Counted from the first letter of the stretch, positions 38,169 to 48,231 are shown. The stretch: DNA of 64,000 nucleotides from Pelomicrobium sp. (GCF_036803785.1 NZ_DAIRTR010000001.1:8222-72221), one strand, 5' to 3'. The notes: generated by a model not told the origin, from the sequence alone. Program-made: numbers and translations.

Positions 38169-38480
38169 TCAGCCAACGGTGGTCTCGATGCTGTCGGATT
38201 CGCCCTTGTTGTCGATCCAGCTCACCTTCACCTTGTCGCCTGCCTTGGCGCCCTTCACCCGGAAGCCCAAGAACGGGTTCCTGGAAACCGCCTGGCTCCA
38301 CTGAGCATCCAGGACCGGTTTGCCGTTAAGCGTGGCGGTCACATTGGTGATGAAGTGGGCGGGAACAGGTTGACCGGTCTTGGGGTCCTTGCGCTGGCCG
38401 GTTTCCATGGGATGGTTGATCAGCAATTTCACGTCGGCCACGTCGCCCTGCATGGTGGCCCGGATTTTCATGCTCGCCAT
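38169..38480 (-). CDS. soxZ: Sulfur carrier partner protein SoxZ
   Basis: 103 aa from MASMKIRATMQGDVADVKLLINHPMETGQRKD, preceded by an AGGAGG RBS. The ORF-track start at 38582 is an upstream extension. Confidence 0.8.
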   Translation of the reverse strand: MASMKIRATMQGDVADVKLLINHPMETGQRKDPKTGQPVPAHFITNVTATLNGKPVLDAQWSQAVSRNPFLGFRVKGAKAGDKVKVSWIDNKGESDSIETTVG

Positions 38481-38520
38481 GATGTCGTCCTCCTGGGAAT
38501 CGCTCTTTTGCGAGTACCGG

Positions 38521-38991
38521 TTAGCCGCCGCACCCGCCGATGGTGACCTTGACCTCTTTCGAGGCCACATAATGCTTTCCACCCGCGGTCACCAGCGCCA
38601 TCACATTGGAGGTCTGGCCCATCTTGATGCGAAAGCTCACATAACCTTCCGCCCCGTTGCCCAGGTTAAAACTGCCGGTCAGCGGGAACGGGTTTTTCTC
38701 TGCGATCACGGCGATGCGCTCGGTTCCGGCGATCTTGCTGGTCACCTCCACAGGTACCACGGCGCCGTTTTCGGCGATGTCGGGGGCCTTGATCACGATG
38801 TCGGCAGACTCGATCGGAGCGCCAACGCCGATCGTCTTCAGCACATCCTCCACCTTTTTCGCCTCGAAAGCGGCCTTGTTCCATTCGGCTGCCAAGACGG
38901 CTTTGGGCCGAATCAACCCCGCTGCCGCGGCCACTGCCAGGGTGCCTGCGGCTCCCGTGCCTTTCAGGATCGCTCTACGCAATGGATTCAT
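38521..38991 (-). CDS. soxY: Sulfur carrier protein SoxY
   Basis: 156 aa from MNPLRRAILKGTGAAG (Tat signal), ending in the diagnostic GGCGG-COOH swinging-arm motif. An AGGAGG RBS precedes the ATG. Confidence 0.9.
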   Translation of the reverse strand: MNPLRRAILKGTGAAGTLAVAAAAGLIRPKAVLAAEWNKAAFEAKKVEDVLKTIGVGAPIESADIVIKAPDIAENGAVVPVEVTSKIAGTERIAVIAEKNPFPLTGSFNLGNGAEGYVSFRIKMGQTSNVMALVTAGGKHYVASKEVKVTIGGCGG

Positions 38992-39238
38992 GGCTCTCTC
39001 CTCCTTTGGCCGGACTGCGGATCCGACACTCTTCCTGGGACAAAGAATTAGCATAACTTAATTTTCTGCGACGTCAAAGCCCCGGTCGCCCGAAAAAAAT
39101 CGCTTTCCTTTCCAATAGTTATGCCTAATTCGAGGATAAACTCCGTTTATGGCACTTGGGTTCTTGCAATAGCCTGCGTCCCGTTGCAGGGTCAATATAG
39201 TAAACGCACCTGCTAGACAAAAAATTCCCTGAGTCCTT

Positions 39239-40672
39239 TCAACGGACCGCTTCCCGTTGCAGGGCTGCCAGCTCTCGCCGCAACTCCCGCAGCCGGGCCT
39301 CGACGATGGAGAGTTGATAAAAGTCTCCTCCGCTACGAGCGGCAAGCTCTAACTGCTGCACGGCGCCGCTCAGGTCTCCTTCCCGGACATAGGCTTCCGC
39401 CTGGGCACGATGGGCGGCGAGCGGCTCCCCCCGTGCCCCGTGCGCTTCGGCCTGTAGCCGGTAGAGGCGGGGATCGTCGGGGAAGTATTCGAGCTGGCTC
39501 GAGACGAACCGCACCGCCGCCTCGGCTTGTCCGTCGGCGAGAAGCGCCCGGGCGTAATCGTAAACAAGGGCCCGGTGTTGGGGGAAAGTGGCTAAGGCTT
39601 TCCGGTAGTGTTCGAGTGCTTCCGAGCGCTTTCCCTGGGCGAGGAGCAGTTCGCCCGCCAGCGTTTCCACCATCGGGTGGGCCGGGAAGTGGCCGCGCAG
39701 CGCCTTAAGTTCTGCCTCGGCCCGGGAAAGCTGCTGGGCCCGGACCAGCGCCCGCGCCAACCCATAGCGGGTCGCCATTTCGTGGGCGTACTTTTTCTCC
39801 CTGATCCATGCCTCGAAGTCCCTTACCGCATCCAGGGCTGGGCCTTGCATGGCTTGCAGCTTGGCGCGGATCAGGAAAAAGTCAGCGCTGTCCGGCACCT
39901 GCCGGTAGGGCAGAGACTGGACTCGGTTCTGGATGTCGGCGATGCGCTCGTAGGTGAGGGGGTGGGTACGCAGGTAGGCTGGAGCCGCCGATTCCTGAAA
40001 CCGGCCCGCCCGCTGCAGCTTTTCGAAAAAAGCGGGCATGGCACGGGGGTCGAAGCCGGCGCGCTCCAGGATTTGGAGCCCGACCCGGTCAGCCTCCCGT
40101 TCCGCGTCCCGGGAGAAGTTGAGTTGGGCCTGGATCGCCGCCGCCTGGGAAGTGACGATGGCTGCTTCGGCCACCTGCGGGTTGGAGCGGGCGGCCAGGA
40201 TGGCAAGCGCCAGCGCCGCCAGCGTAGGCAGGGTGGCTTGCTCTTGTTTGGCGATCATGCGGGCGATGTGGTGCTGGGTGACGTGGGCGATTTCGTGGGC
40301 AAGCACCCCAGCCACCTCCGACTCGGACTGGGCGGCAAGCAATAGCCCCGTGTGCACGATGATCACTCCGCCTACGAACGCGGCGGCGTTGATAGAGGGA
40401 TCCTTGATCAGGAAAAAGCGGAAGTTCTGGCGCGCCCCCGGGCTGTTAGCGACTAGGCGATGGCCCAGGGCGTTCAAGTAGTCGGAGAGCTCCGCATCGT
40501 CCACCAGGGCGGGGCTGCGCCGGATTTCTCGGACGATTTCGTCGGCGATACGCTGCTCGAGCTGGGGGCTCAATTGGGCGGCCGCGGTGTCTCCCAGCTC
40601 CGGCAGTTGCTGGGCGCTCACCACGGCCGCTGCCCCCAGGCACACACCCACGATCAGGTGACGCAGTTTCAT
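39239..40672 (-). CDS. Periplasmic M48-family zinc protease with C-terminal TPR repeats (BepA/YfgC-like)
   Basis: 477 aa from [20 protein letters not shown] (signal peptide). It has the [10 protein letters not shown] zinc motif and a TPR-rich C-terminus. The upstream 136 codons of the ORF-track entry overlap moaC and are rejected. Confidence 0.75.
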   Translation of the reverse strand: MKLRHLIVGVCLGAAAVVSAQQLPELGDTAAAQLSPQLEQRIADEIVREIRRSPALVDDAELSDYLNALGHRLVANSPGARQNFRFFLIKDPSINAAAFVGGVIIVHTGLLLAAQSESEVAGVLAHEIAHVTQHHIARMIAKQEQATLPTLAALALAILAARSNPQVAEAAIVTSQAAAIQAQLNFSRDAEREADRVGLQILERAGFDPRAMPAFFEKLQRAGRFQESAAPAYLRTHPLTYERIADIQNRVQSLPYRQVPDSADFFLIRAKLQAMQGPALDAVRDFEAWIREKKYAHEMATRYGLARALVRAQQLSRAEAELKALRGHFPAHPMVETLAGELLLAQGKRSEALEHYRKALATFPQHRALVYDYARALLADGQAEAAVRFVSSQLEYFPDDPRLYRLQAEAHGARGEPLAAHRAQAEAYVREGDLSGAVQQLELAARSGGDFYQLSIVEARLRELRRELAALQREAVR

Positions 40673-40727
40673 ACTGCTCGGTATGATTGGGACAGGCGGG
40701 CGGAGTTCAATCGATGGAGGCGCTATC

Positions 40728-41207
40728 ATGACACAGGGACTGACCCATTTCGACGCGAGCGGCCAGGCCCACATGGTGGATGTGGGGGAAAAAGCGGAAA
40801 CCCGCCGCGTGGCGCGGGCAGCGGGGACGATCTGCATGCGGCCAGAGACGCTGAAACTCATCCTGGAAGGCGGGGCCAAGAAGGGCGACGTGCTGGCAGT
40901 GGCCCGCATCGCCGGCATCCAAGCGTCCAAGCGCACGGCAGAGCTCATTCCCCTATGCCACCCCGTGGCCCTCACTCGCATCCAGGTGGAGTTCGTCATC
41001 GACGAGAAGCGCAGCGCCGTCGATTGCCAGGTGACCGCCGAGACCGTGGGGCGCACGGGCGTGGAAATGGAGGCGCTCACCGCGGTGAGCGTCGCTCTGC
41101 TTACGGTCTACGACATGTGCAAGGCGGTGGACCGGGGCATGCGGCTGGAGGCAATCCGGCTGCTCGAGAAGCAGGGCGGCAAGTCGGGCCATTGGATCGG
41201 GAGTTGA
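40728..41207 (+). CDS. moaC: Cyclic pyranopterin monophosphate synthase accessory protein MoaC
   Basis: 159 aa from MTQGLTHFD, with an RBS GGAGG 8 nt upstream. Conserved stretches include [38 protein letters not shown]. Confidence 0.9.
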   Translation: MTQGLTHFDASGQAHMVDVGEKAETRRVARAAGTICMRPETLKLILEGGAKKGDVLAVARIAGIQASKRTAELIPLCHPVALTRIQVEFVIDEKRSAVDCQVTAETVGRTGVEMEALTAVSVALLTVYDMCKAVDRGMRLEAIRLLEKQGGKSGHWIGS

Positions 41208-41243
41208 GCTCTCTCCTTTCGACTTTGTCGCGCGGGGGTGGCG

Positions 41244-42542
41244 ATGGACAAGATCGGCAAATACCAGGTGGTGCGCAAGATCGGCAGCGGCGCCACCAGC
41301 GCTGTCTACCTGTGCCTCGACCCCTTCACCCAGCGGGAGGTGGCGATCAAGCTGATCTACCCCGAGGCGCTCAAGGACAAGGCCAAGGGCAAGCTCTACC
41401 GCAAGCTGTTTCTGACCGAGGCTTCCCTCGCGGGCAAGCTCAAACACCCCCACATCGTCGAGATCATCGACGCGGTGGTGGAGGAAGAGCAAAGCTATAT
41501 CGTCATGGAATACGTGCCGGGCTCCACCCTGGAGCGGTTTTGCGAGGTGGACAGCCTGCTCCCCCTCTCTGACGTGATCGAGATCATTTACAAGTGCTGC
41601 AAGGCCCTCGACTACGCCCAGCGCCACGGCGTGATCCACCGGGACATCAAGCCGGCTAACATCCTCCTTCCCGGCGGCACGGACATCAAGATCTCGGACT
41701 TCGGGGCGGCCATCACGGCGGACTCCCTGCATACCACCCAGATCAGCGCCGTGGGCTCGCCCGCCTACATGTCGCCCCAACAGATCAAGGAACATCCGCT
41801 CACTCACCAGACCGACATCTACTCCCTGGGCGTGGTGATGTACAAGGCCCTCACGGGACGGCTTCCCTTCAGCGCCAGCACCAACGTGAGCATGATCTAC
41901 CAGATTCTGAACGCCGAGCCGCCCAAGCCGAGCAGCCTGCGGCCGGAGATTCCCCCGGCTCTGGACGCGGTCGTGCTCAAGGCCATGGCCAAGGACTTGG
42001 AGGGGCGCTACCAGTCGTGGGAACAGTTCGCCCGCGACCTGGCGAACGTCCACGAGCTGGTGAAAGGCTCGGTGCAGGAGATCTCAGACACCGAAAAATT
42101 CAATGCCCTGCGCTCTCTCCCGTTCTTTCGGGAGTTTACGGATGTGGAGCTATGGGAAGTCGTGCGCATCAGTTCGTGGCACCGTTATCCCCAAGGCACC
42201 ACGCTGATCCGCGAGGGCGACAGCGGCAGCTCGTTTTACGTCCTCACCTCGGGCGAAGTGAGCGTCACCGTGGATGGAAAGCTGCTCAACATGCTCAAAG
42301 CGGGGGACTGCTTCGGGGAGATGGCCTATCTCGCCCGGCGCGCGTTTACTCGCTCCGCCACGGTGGCTACGCTCACCGAGGTGACGGTGGTGGAAATCGA
42401 CGCCGAGATGTTGAACAACGCCTCCGTGGCCTGCCGCCAGAAGTTCAATGGTGCCTTCCTGGGCATCCTGGTGGATCGGCTGGCCATGGCCAACGCACGG
42501 CTCTCCCAACTCCTCGCCGAGCGCCAGATCACGCTGCTTTGA
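41244..42542 (+). CDS. Hanks-type Ser/Thr protein kinase fused to a C-terminal cyclic-nucleotide-binding domain
   Basis: Kinase motifs GSGATSAVY, VAIK, HRDIKPANIL, DFG and SPAYMSPQ. The C-terminal CAP_ED-like domain reads FFREFTDVELWEV...GDCFGEMAYLA. Confidence 0.85.
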   Translation: MDKIGKYQVVRKIGSGATSAVYLCLDPFTQREVAIKLIYPEALKDKAKGKLYRKLFLTEASLAGKLKHPHIVEIIDAVVEEEQSYIVMEYVPGSTLERFCEVDSLLPLSDVIEIIYKCCKALDYAQRHGVIHRDIKPANILLPGGTDIKISDFGAAITADSLHTTQISAVGSPAYMSPQQIKEHPLTHQTDIYSLGVVMYKALTGRLPFSASTNVSMIYQILNAEPPKPSSLRPEIPPALDAVVLKAMAKDLEGRYQSWEQFARDLANVHELVKGSVQEISDTEKFNALRSLPFFREFTDVELWEVVRISSWHRYPQGTTLIREGDSGSSFYVLTSGEVSVTVDGKLLNMLKAGDCFGEMAYLARRAFTRSATVATLTEVTVVEIDAEMLNNASVACRQKFNGAFLGILVDRLAMANARLSQLLAERQITLL

Positions 42543-42599
42543 GCGTCTGGGGATAGATGGTTCGTACAGCGGCTGCCGGGGAAGGGGTAACCCTAGCGC

Positions 42600-42908
42600 T
42601 CATTTTCCCAGCGCCGGAGAGCTGAAATAGTGCTCCATCAGGCTGCGGTCCCGCCACAGCTTTTCGTCTAGGAGTGCAGCCGGGACTTTATACCGATGCG
42701 CTGGGTCCACGGGCATCTCCTGGACGATGCGCTCGATGTCCTCATAGGCAATTTTTCGCAGCAGCCCCCCTCCCGAGGTCTCGCGGACGATCATGAATTT
42801 CTCGTAGGTGCGCAAGACGTGGAAATTCGCCGGCCGAGTCTTGCCGGTGGCGGCATCGCGCCATGTCACTGTATAGCGGGTGTCCTCCTTGAAGTGGCTC
42901 TTGTCCAC
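42600..42908 (-). CDS. Hypothetical 102-aa protein, divergent from soeA
   Basis: GTG start with a GGAGG RBS and G+C-rich third codon positions. I recognise no family. Confidence 0.4.
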   Translation of the reverse strand: MDKSHFKEDTRYTVTWRDAATGKTRPANFHVLRTYEKFMIVRETSGGGLLRKIAYEDIERIVQEMPVDPAHRYKVPAALLDEKLWRDRSLMEHYFSSPALGK

Positions 42909-42930
42909 GGTGGCCTCCGTGCATTAGGAA

Positions 42931-42945
42931 ATGCTAATTTAGCAT
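42931..42945. promoter_or_regulatory. Perfect 7-1-7 palindrome ATGCTAA-T-TTAGCAT in the divergent spacer upstream of soeA
   Basis: Exact inverted repeat in an A+T-rich spacer. It lies 23 nt upstream of the 102-aa gene start and 125 nt upstream of the soeA ATG. Confidence 0.35.
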
Positions 42946-43069
42946 AGTGGGCCTGCTGCCTCAATCGACCTTATTCCCTATAAAAGAGAAGGGCGAGGTC
43001 TATAAAAAAATTCCTTTGCTGAGAACGATTTTGTTTTGCACAATAGCAACCTTTTCGCGATTCCTACCC

Positions 43070-45967
43070 ATGAGCGCAGTTCCGTCCGAGCGTTTCCCCG
43101 AGCCGGTCCGGGAGGTGAAGGCCACCACCTGCTACATGTGCGCCTGCCGCTGCGGCATCCGGGTGCACGTGGTGAACGGCGAGGTGCGCTACATCGAGGG
43201 CAATCCGGCCCATCCCCTGAACAAAGGCGTCATTTGCGCCAAGGGATCCTCCGGCATCATGAAGCAGTACTCTCCGGCCCGGCTCACCCGTCCCCTCTTA
43301 CGCAAGGCGGGCGCCGAGCGGGGTAGCGGCCAGTTCGAACCCATCTCCTGGGAGCAGGCCTTCTCCATCTTGGAGGAGCGGCTGCGAAAAATCCGGGAAA
43401 CCGACCCCAAGAAGTTTGCCTTGTTCACCGGCCGCGACCAGATGCAGGCCCTCACGGGTCTCTTCGCCAAGCAGTTCGGCACTCCCAACTACGCCGCCCA
43501 TGGCGGCTTCTGCTCGGTGAACATGGCAGCGGGCCTGATCTATACCATCGGCGGCTCTTTCTGGGAATTCGGTGGCCCGGACTTGGAGCGAGCCAGGCTG
43601 TTCGTGATGATCGGCACGGCGGAGGATCATCATTCTAATCCCCTCAAGATCGCCATCTCCAAGTTCAAGCGTTCCGGCGGGCGATTTATCTCCATCAACC
43701 CCGTGCGCACCGGCTACTCCGCTATCGCCGATGAATGGGTACCTGTGAAACCCGGCACCGACGGGGCGCTGCTGCTTGCCATCGTCCACGAGATCATTGC
43801 CCAGGGGCTCTACGATCGGCAGTTCCTCACCCGCTACACCAACGCGGCCCAATTGGTGAACGTGGATGAGACCTCCGACAAGTATGGGCTGTTCGTTCGG
43901 GTGAACGAGGAGGAGGTGGACTATGCGAGCTGCATCGATCCCCAGAACAAGCTATGGTGGGACCGCTTCACCAACAGGGCTGTGCTGAGCCACACTGAGG
44001 GGGCGGACCCGTACCTCTTGGGCAGCTTCAAACTGCCTGACGGCACACCGGTCAAGCCCGCGTTCCAGCTTCTAGAGGAGCGGGTGCGGCCGTATACGCC
44101 GGAGTGGGCGGAAGGCATCAGCGGCGTGCCCGCTGCCACCATCCGGCGGCTCGCGTATGAAATGGGCATCACCGCCAGGGACGAGAGAATCGAGCTGCCC
44201 ATTCCATGGACCGACAGCTGGGGCCAGGAACACGAATCGGTTACCGGCAACCCGGTGGCGTTCCATGCCATGCGGGGTCTCGCTGCGCATTCCAACGGCT
44301 TTCACACCATCCGGGCCCTCGGCATCCTGATGACCTTGCTTGGCACCATCGATCGTCCCGGCGGTTTTCGCCACAAGGCCCCGTTTCCGCGGCCCATTCC
44401 CCCTTGTGCGAAGACCCCTACCGGCCCGGAGGCGGTACAACCCGGCAAGCCCCTGGGGGGCATGGCCCTCGGCTGGCCCGCCGGCCCCGACGATCTCTTT
44501 GTCAACCCCGATGGCTCGCCGGTGCGAATCGACAAAGGGTTCTCTTGGGAGTATCCCTTGTCGGTGCACGGGCTCATGCACAACGTCATCACCAACGCCT
44601 GGCGTGGTGACCCGTACCGCATTGACACGCTGCTTATCTTCATGGCCAACATGGCCTGGAACTCCACCATGAACACGGTGGAAGTGCGCAGGATGCTCAA
44701 CGACAAAGACGAAAACGGTGAATACAAGATTCCGTTCCTGGTGGTGTGCGATGCATTCCAGTCAGAGATGGTGGCCTACGCCGACCTGGTACTGCCCGAC
44801 ACCACCTATCTTGAGCGCCACGACGTGATGTCCATGCTGGACCGGCCCATCTCCGAGTTCGATGGTCCAGTGGATGCGGTGCGCATCCCTGTGGTGCCGC
44901 CCAAGGGGGAATGCAAGCCGTTCCAAGAGGTACTGATCGAGTTGGCGAGTCGGTTGAAGCTGCCTGCCTTCGTGAACGCCGACGGCTCGCGCAAATTCCG
45001 CGACTACCCAGATTTCATCATCAATTACGAAACGGAGCCCGGCTCTGGGATCGGTTTCCTCGCTGGCTGGCGGGGCAGGGGGGGCGAGAAGTTTATGCGC
45101 GGCGAGCCCAACCCCCGGCAATGGGAGATGTACGCCAAGAACAATTGTGTCTTCCACTACAAGCTGCCGCCGAGCTATCAGTACATGCGCAACTGGAACA
45201 AGGGCTACTTGGAGTGGGCCCAGCGGGCGCGCATCATCCGCTACTCGGACCCGATCCTGATCCACGTGTACTCCGAGGTGCTGCAAAAGTTCCGCCTGGC
45301 GGCCCAGGGCAAGTGGCCCGGGCGCAAACCGCCAGCCCACCTGAAAAAGCGGATCGAAACCTACTTCGATCCGCTGCCCTTCTATTACGAGCCGCTGGAG
45401 ACCCGGGTTACGGATACCGGGCGCTATCCGCTCAACGCCGTCACCCAACGGCCCATGGCCATGTACCACTCCTGGGACTCCCAGAACGCCTGGCTGCGGC
45501 AGATCCATACCCACAACTACCTGTTCGTCAACCCCCGCGCTGCCCGCGCCCAGGGCATCGAAGACGGAGATTGGATCTGGGTGGAAAGCCCGTGGGGTCG
45601 GGTACGCTGCATGTGCCGCTTCAGCGAGGCGGTGGAGCCTGGTACGGTGTGGACTTGGAACGCCATTGGCAAGGCGGCCGGGGCTTGGCATCTCGCCCCC
45701 GATGCCAACGAGTTCCGCAAGGGATTCCTACTGAACCCACTGATCACCGAGGAGCTGCCCGACCTGGAAGGCGCACGCGTGTCCAATTCCGATCCGGTGA
45801 CCGGTCAGGCCGACTGGTACGACGTGCGGGTGCGCATCTACAAAGCTGCCGCGGACGAACCCAGGGAGGTTTGGCCCCAGTACGACCCGGTGCCGCCAGC
45901 GCCTGGGACCGTCCCGGCAAGACCCCGCTGGCTAGCGTTCGTGGCGGGAAGGGGAGAGTGGAAGTGA
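43070..45967 (+). CDS. soeA: Cytoplasm-facing molybdopterin oxidoreductase catalytic subunit; sulfite:quinone oxidoreductase SoeA-like
   Basis: 965 aa from MSAVPSERF. There is no twin-arginine signal. An N-terminal Fe-S motif (CYMCACRCG) precedes a Mo-bisPGD oxidoreductase core. The gene is followed by Fe-S and membrane-anchor subunit genes and sits in sulfur-oxidation context. Confidence 0.7.
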   Translation: MSAVPSERFPEPVREVKATTCYMCACRCGIRVHVVNGEVRYIEGNPAHPLNKGVICAKGSSGIMKQYSPARLTRPLLRKAGAERGSGQFEPISWEQAFSILEERLRKIRETDPKKFALFTGRDQMQALTGLFAKQFGTPNYAAHGGFCSVNMAAGLIYTIGGSFWEFGGPDLERARLFVMIGTAEDHHSNPLKIAISKFKRSGGRFISINPVRTGYSAIADEWVPVKPGTDGALLLAIVHEIIAQGLYDRQFLTRYTNAAQLVNVDETSDKYGLFVRVNEEEVDYASCIDPQNKLWWDRFTNRAVLSHTEGADPYLLGSFKLPDGTPVKPAFQLLEERVRPYTPEWAEGISGVPAATIRRLAYEMGITARDERIELPIPWTDSWGQEHESVTGNPVAFHAMRGLAAHSNGFHTIRALGILMTLLGTIDRPGGFRHKAPFPRPIPPCAKTPTGPEAVQPGKPLGGMALGWPAGPDDLFVNPDGSPVRIDKGFSWEYPLSVHGLMHNVITNAWRGDPYRIDTLLIFMANMAWNSTMNTVEVRRMLNDKDENGEYKIPFLVVCDAFQSEMVAYADLVLPDTTYLERHDVMSMLDRPISEFDGPVDAVRIPVVPPKGECKPFQEVLIELASRLKLPAFVNADGSRKFRDYPDFIINYETEPGSGIGFLAGWRGRGGEKFMRGEPNPRQWEMYAKNNCVFHYKLPPSYQYMRNWNKGYLEWAQRARIIRYSDPILIHVYSEVLQKFRLAAQGKWPGRKPPAHLKKRIETYFDPLPFYYEPLETRVTDTGRYPLNAVTQRPMAMYHSWDSQNAWLRQIHTHNYLFVNPRAARAQGIEDGDWIWVESPWGRVRCMCRFSEAVEPGTVWTWNAIGKAAGAWHLAPDANEFRKGFLLNPLITEELPDLEGARVSNSDPVTGQADWYDVRVRIYKAAADEPREVWPQYDPVPPAPGTVPARPRWLAFVAGRGEWK

Positions 45968-45980
45968 CGGAGATTCTCCC

Positions 45981-46712
45981 ATGACGCAGCTTGCCTTGGT
46001 GATCGACCTGAACGTGTGCGTGGGCTGCCACGCCTGCGTCACGAGCTGCAAGGAGTGGAACACTTCGGGTCAGGCCGGCTATCTGTCGGATGACCGGCCC
46101 TACGAGGCCGACCCGACTGGCTGCTTCTTCAACCGAGTCCAGACCTTCGAGGTGGGGGAGTATCCCCACACGGAAACCGTGCATTTCCCCAAGTCTTGCC
46201 TGCACTGTGAGGACCCGCCTTGCGTGCCGGTGTGTCCCACCGGTGCCAGTTACAAACGGGCGGAGGACGGCATCGTCCTAGTGGACTACGACAAGTGCAT
46301 CGGCTGCAAATACTGCTCCTGGGCCTGCCCCTATGGCGTGCGGGAGCTGGACGAGCACCAGAAGGTGATGAAGAAGTGCACCTTGTGCGTAGACCGCATC
46401 TACGATGAGCGACTCCCGCCTGCGGAGCGCCAGCCCGCCTGCGTGCTCGCTTGCCCCACCCACGCACGGCTGTTCGGCGACATTCATGATCCCGAATCGG
46501 AGGTATCCAGGGCGATCCGGGAAAACGCCGGCTATACCCTGATGCCGGAATGGGGTACCCGCCCCGCCAACCACTATCTGCCGCGGCGCAAGACCCGGCT
46601 GGAAATCCGGGCCGAGGATCTGCAGCGGGCCGACAATCCCCTCAAGATCGACGGCAAGCTGCCCAAGCCCGCCCTGAAAGAACCCTCCCTGGACGATGTG
46701 ACGAGCTGGTAA
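45981..46712 (+). CDS. soeB: 4x[4Fe-4S] ferredoxin-type subunit, SoeB-like
   Basis: 243 aa. Cys clusters seen: CVGCHACVTSC, CLHCEDPPCVPVCP, CIGCKYCSWACP and CTLC...CVLACP. Confidence 0.7.
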   Translation: MTQLALVIDLNVCVGCHACVTSCKEWNTSGQAGYLSDDRPYEADPTGCFFNRVQTFEVGEYPHTETVHFPKSCLHCEDPPCVPVCPTGASYKRAEDGIVLVDYDKCIGCKYCSWACPYGVRELDEHQKVMKKCTLCVDRIYDERLPPAERQPACVLACPTHARLFGDIHDPESEVSRAIRENAGYTLMPEWGTRPANHYLPRRKTRLEIRAEDLQRADNPLKIDGKLPKPALKEPSLDDVTSW

Positions 46713-46800
46713 GACCTGGGCGCGTCCGCCGTCCCGCCGATGCCACCGGTGCGCATGGGTCGGCGAGCCAGGACCGCCCGCTGGCACGAAAACCGAACCC

Positions 46801-47763
46801 ATGCATCCCCCCTTTTCCGTCATCTTCCTGACGACCCTGATCGGCGCCGGCCAGGGGTTGTATATGGCCCTCTATTTCGTCGATCTGGGCGCTCGGCTTG
46901 AAAAGCTCCCACCCATGGACGACGTCTCCTTCCATGCCTTAGGCGGGCTCATCACCCTCGTGCTTCTTGCCGCAGGCCTCCTCGCTTCTTTTTTCCACTT
47001 GGGGCATCCCGAACGGGCGTGGCGCTCCGCCGCCCGATGGCGCACCTCTTGGCTTTCCCGGGAGGTGATCGTGCTGCCCTTGTTCATGGCCCTTGTCTTC
47101 CTGTGGAGTCTGGGCAAGTGGCTCGGCTGGCCCGGCATGGCGCTTCTCGGGGTCGTGACCGTAATCGTTTCTGTGGCACTTTTCGTGTGCACGGGCATGA
47201 TCTATGCGAGCATCAAATTTCTCCAGGAATGGCATTCGCCGCTTACGGTGGTGAACTATCTCCTGCTTGGCTCGGCCTCCGGTTTCACCTTGAGCACGGC
47301 CTGGGCGGCCTGGCATGGACAAAGCAATGTCATCTTCCTGGGCGCCTGCGCCATGGCCCTCACCCTGACTGCCTTCCTCACCCGCAGCGCTGCCCTGGTG
47401 CGCAATGCCCGCTTGAAGCCCAAATCGTCCCTCCAGAGCGCCATCGGCGTTCGCCACAGCCGGATCGTGCAGAAGTCCCAGGGATTCATGGGGGGCTCCT
47501 TCAATACCCGGGAGTTTTTCCATGGGAAGCCCCCGGCGGTCCTCAAACACGTCAAATGGGCGTTTCTGCTACTCGCTTTCCTCGTGCCCCTCATTCTCCT
47601 GGCTGCAGGCCTGTACGCCATGGCCGCCGGCCAGCAGGGGCCCTCTTTTTCCCTGCTGGCGGCCGCCTTCGCCGTTCAATACTTAGGCTTGGTGGCGGAA
47701 CGCTGGTTTTTCTTCGCCCAGGCCAATCATCCACAAAATCTTTATTATCAAGTAGTTTCTTGA
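46801..47763 (+). CDS. soeC: DmsC/NrfD-like membrane anchor subunit, SoeC-like
   Basis: 320 aa with about 8 TM helices, following soeAB. Confidence 0.6.
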   Translation: MHPPFSVIFLTTLIGAGQGLYMALYFVDLGARLEKLPPMDDVSFHALGGLITLVLLAAGLLASFFHLGHPERAWRSAARWRTSWLSREVIVLPLFMALVFLWSLGKWLGWPGMALLGVVTVIVSVALFVCTGMIYASIKFLQEWHSPLTVVNYLLLGSASGFTLSTAWAAWHGQSNVIFLGACAMALTLTAFLTRSAALVRNARLKPKSSLQSAIGVRHSRIVQKSQGFMGGSFNTREFFHGKPPAVLKHVKWAFLLLAFLVPLILLAAGLYAMAAGQQGPSFSLLAAAFAVQYLGLVAERWFFFAQANHPQNLYYQVVS

Positions 47764-47840
47764 GGGCTGAGGGAAGGCTTTCCACCTTGCTCCCAGAGGG
47801 AAGACGCATTAGAATTTTCTAATATCTTGGATTTTGAACG

Positions 47841-48164
47841 ATGCACCGGGTCCGCGAGATCGAAAGCCATGAACTTGCTGCCTTGACCGCTCGGGGCCCG
47901 GTGCAGCTTCTGGACGTGCGTACCGGGGAAGAAGTGGCACGGGGCATGATCGAAGGGGCGATACACATCCCGCTGGCGTTGCTGCCCCTGCGGGTAGGCG
48001 AGCTGGACCCGGGCACGGTCACGGTCGTCTATTGCCGATCGGGCGCTCGTTCGGCTCAGGCGTGCGCTTATCTCGCAGCCCAGGGATTTGCTCATTCGTA
48101 TAATTTGAAAGGTGGGATACTCGAATGGGTACGCTCGGGTGGTACCGTGGCCCTGCCGGGCTGA
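47841..48164 (+). CDS. rhd: Single-domain rhodanese sulfurtransferase
   Basis: 107 aa with the active-site loop CRSGARS. It is first in the rhd-tusA-dsrE2 order. Confidence 0.8.
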   Translation: MHRVREIESHELAALTARGPVQLLDVRTGEEVARGMIEGAIHIPLALLPLRVGELDPGTVTVVYCRSGARSAQACAYLAAQGFAHSYNLKGGILEWVRSGGTVALPG

Positions 48165-48231
48165 ACCTGAAGTGTCCCGTGTTTGTTCGAGGACTTTACA
48201 TCGGTTGTTCGATCATCTGGAAGGAGACACC

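Noticed and set aside
39150-39168. Sigma54-like TGGCAC...TTGCA on the plus strand upstream of soxY
   Set aside because: The GG-to-GC spacing is 3 nt too long. The element also points into the 3' end of a minus-strand gene, so there is nothing for it to transcribe.
40673-41080. Upstream 136 codons of the 613-aa ORF containing the M48 protease
   Set aside because: This stretch overlaps moaC on the opposite strand. A signal-peptide-bearing start (MKLRHLIVG...) exists at 40672.
42947-43069. GTG-start 41-codon N-terminal extension of soeA given in the ORF track
   Set aside because: The extension runs through the A+T-rich promoter-like spacer and encodes a hydrophobic, non-Tat peptide. The ATG at 43070 places the Fe-S motif at the usual distance from the N-terminus, but its RBS is weak, so the start remains uncertain.
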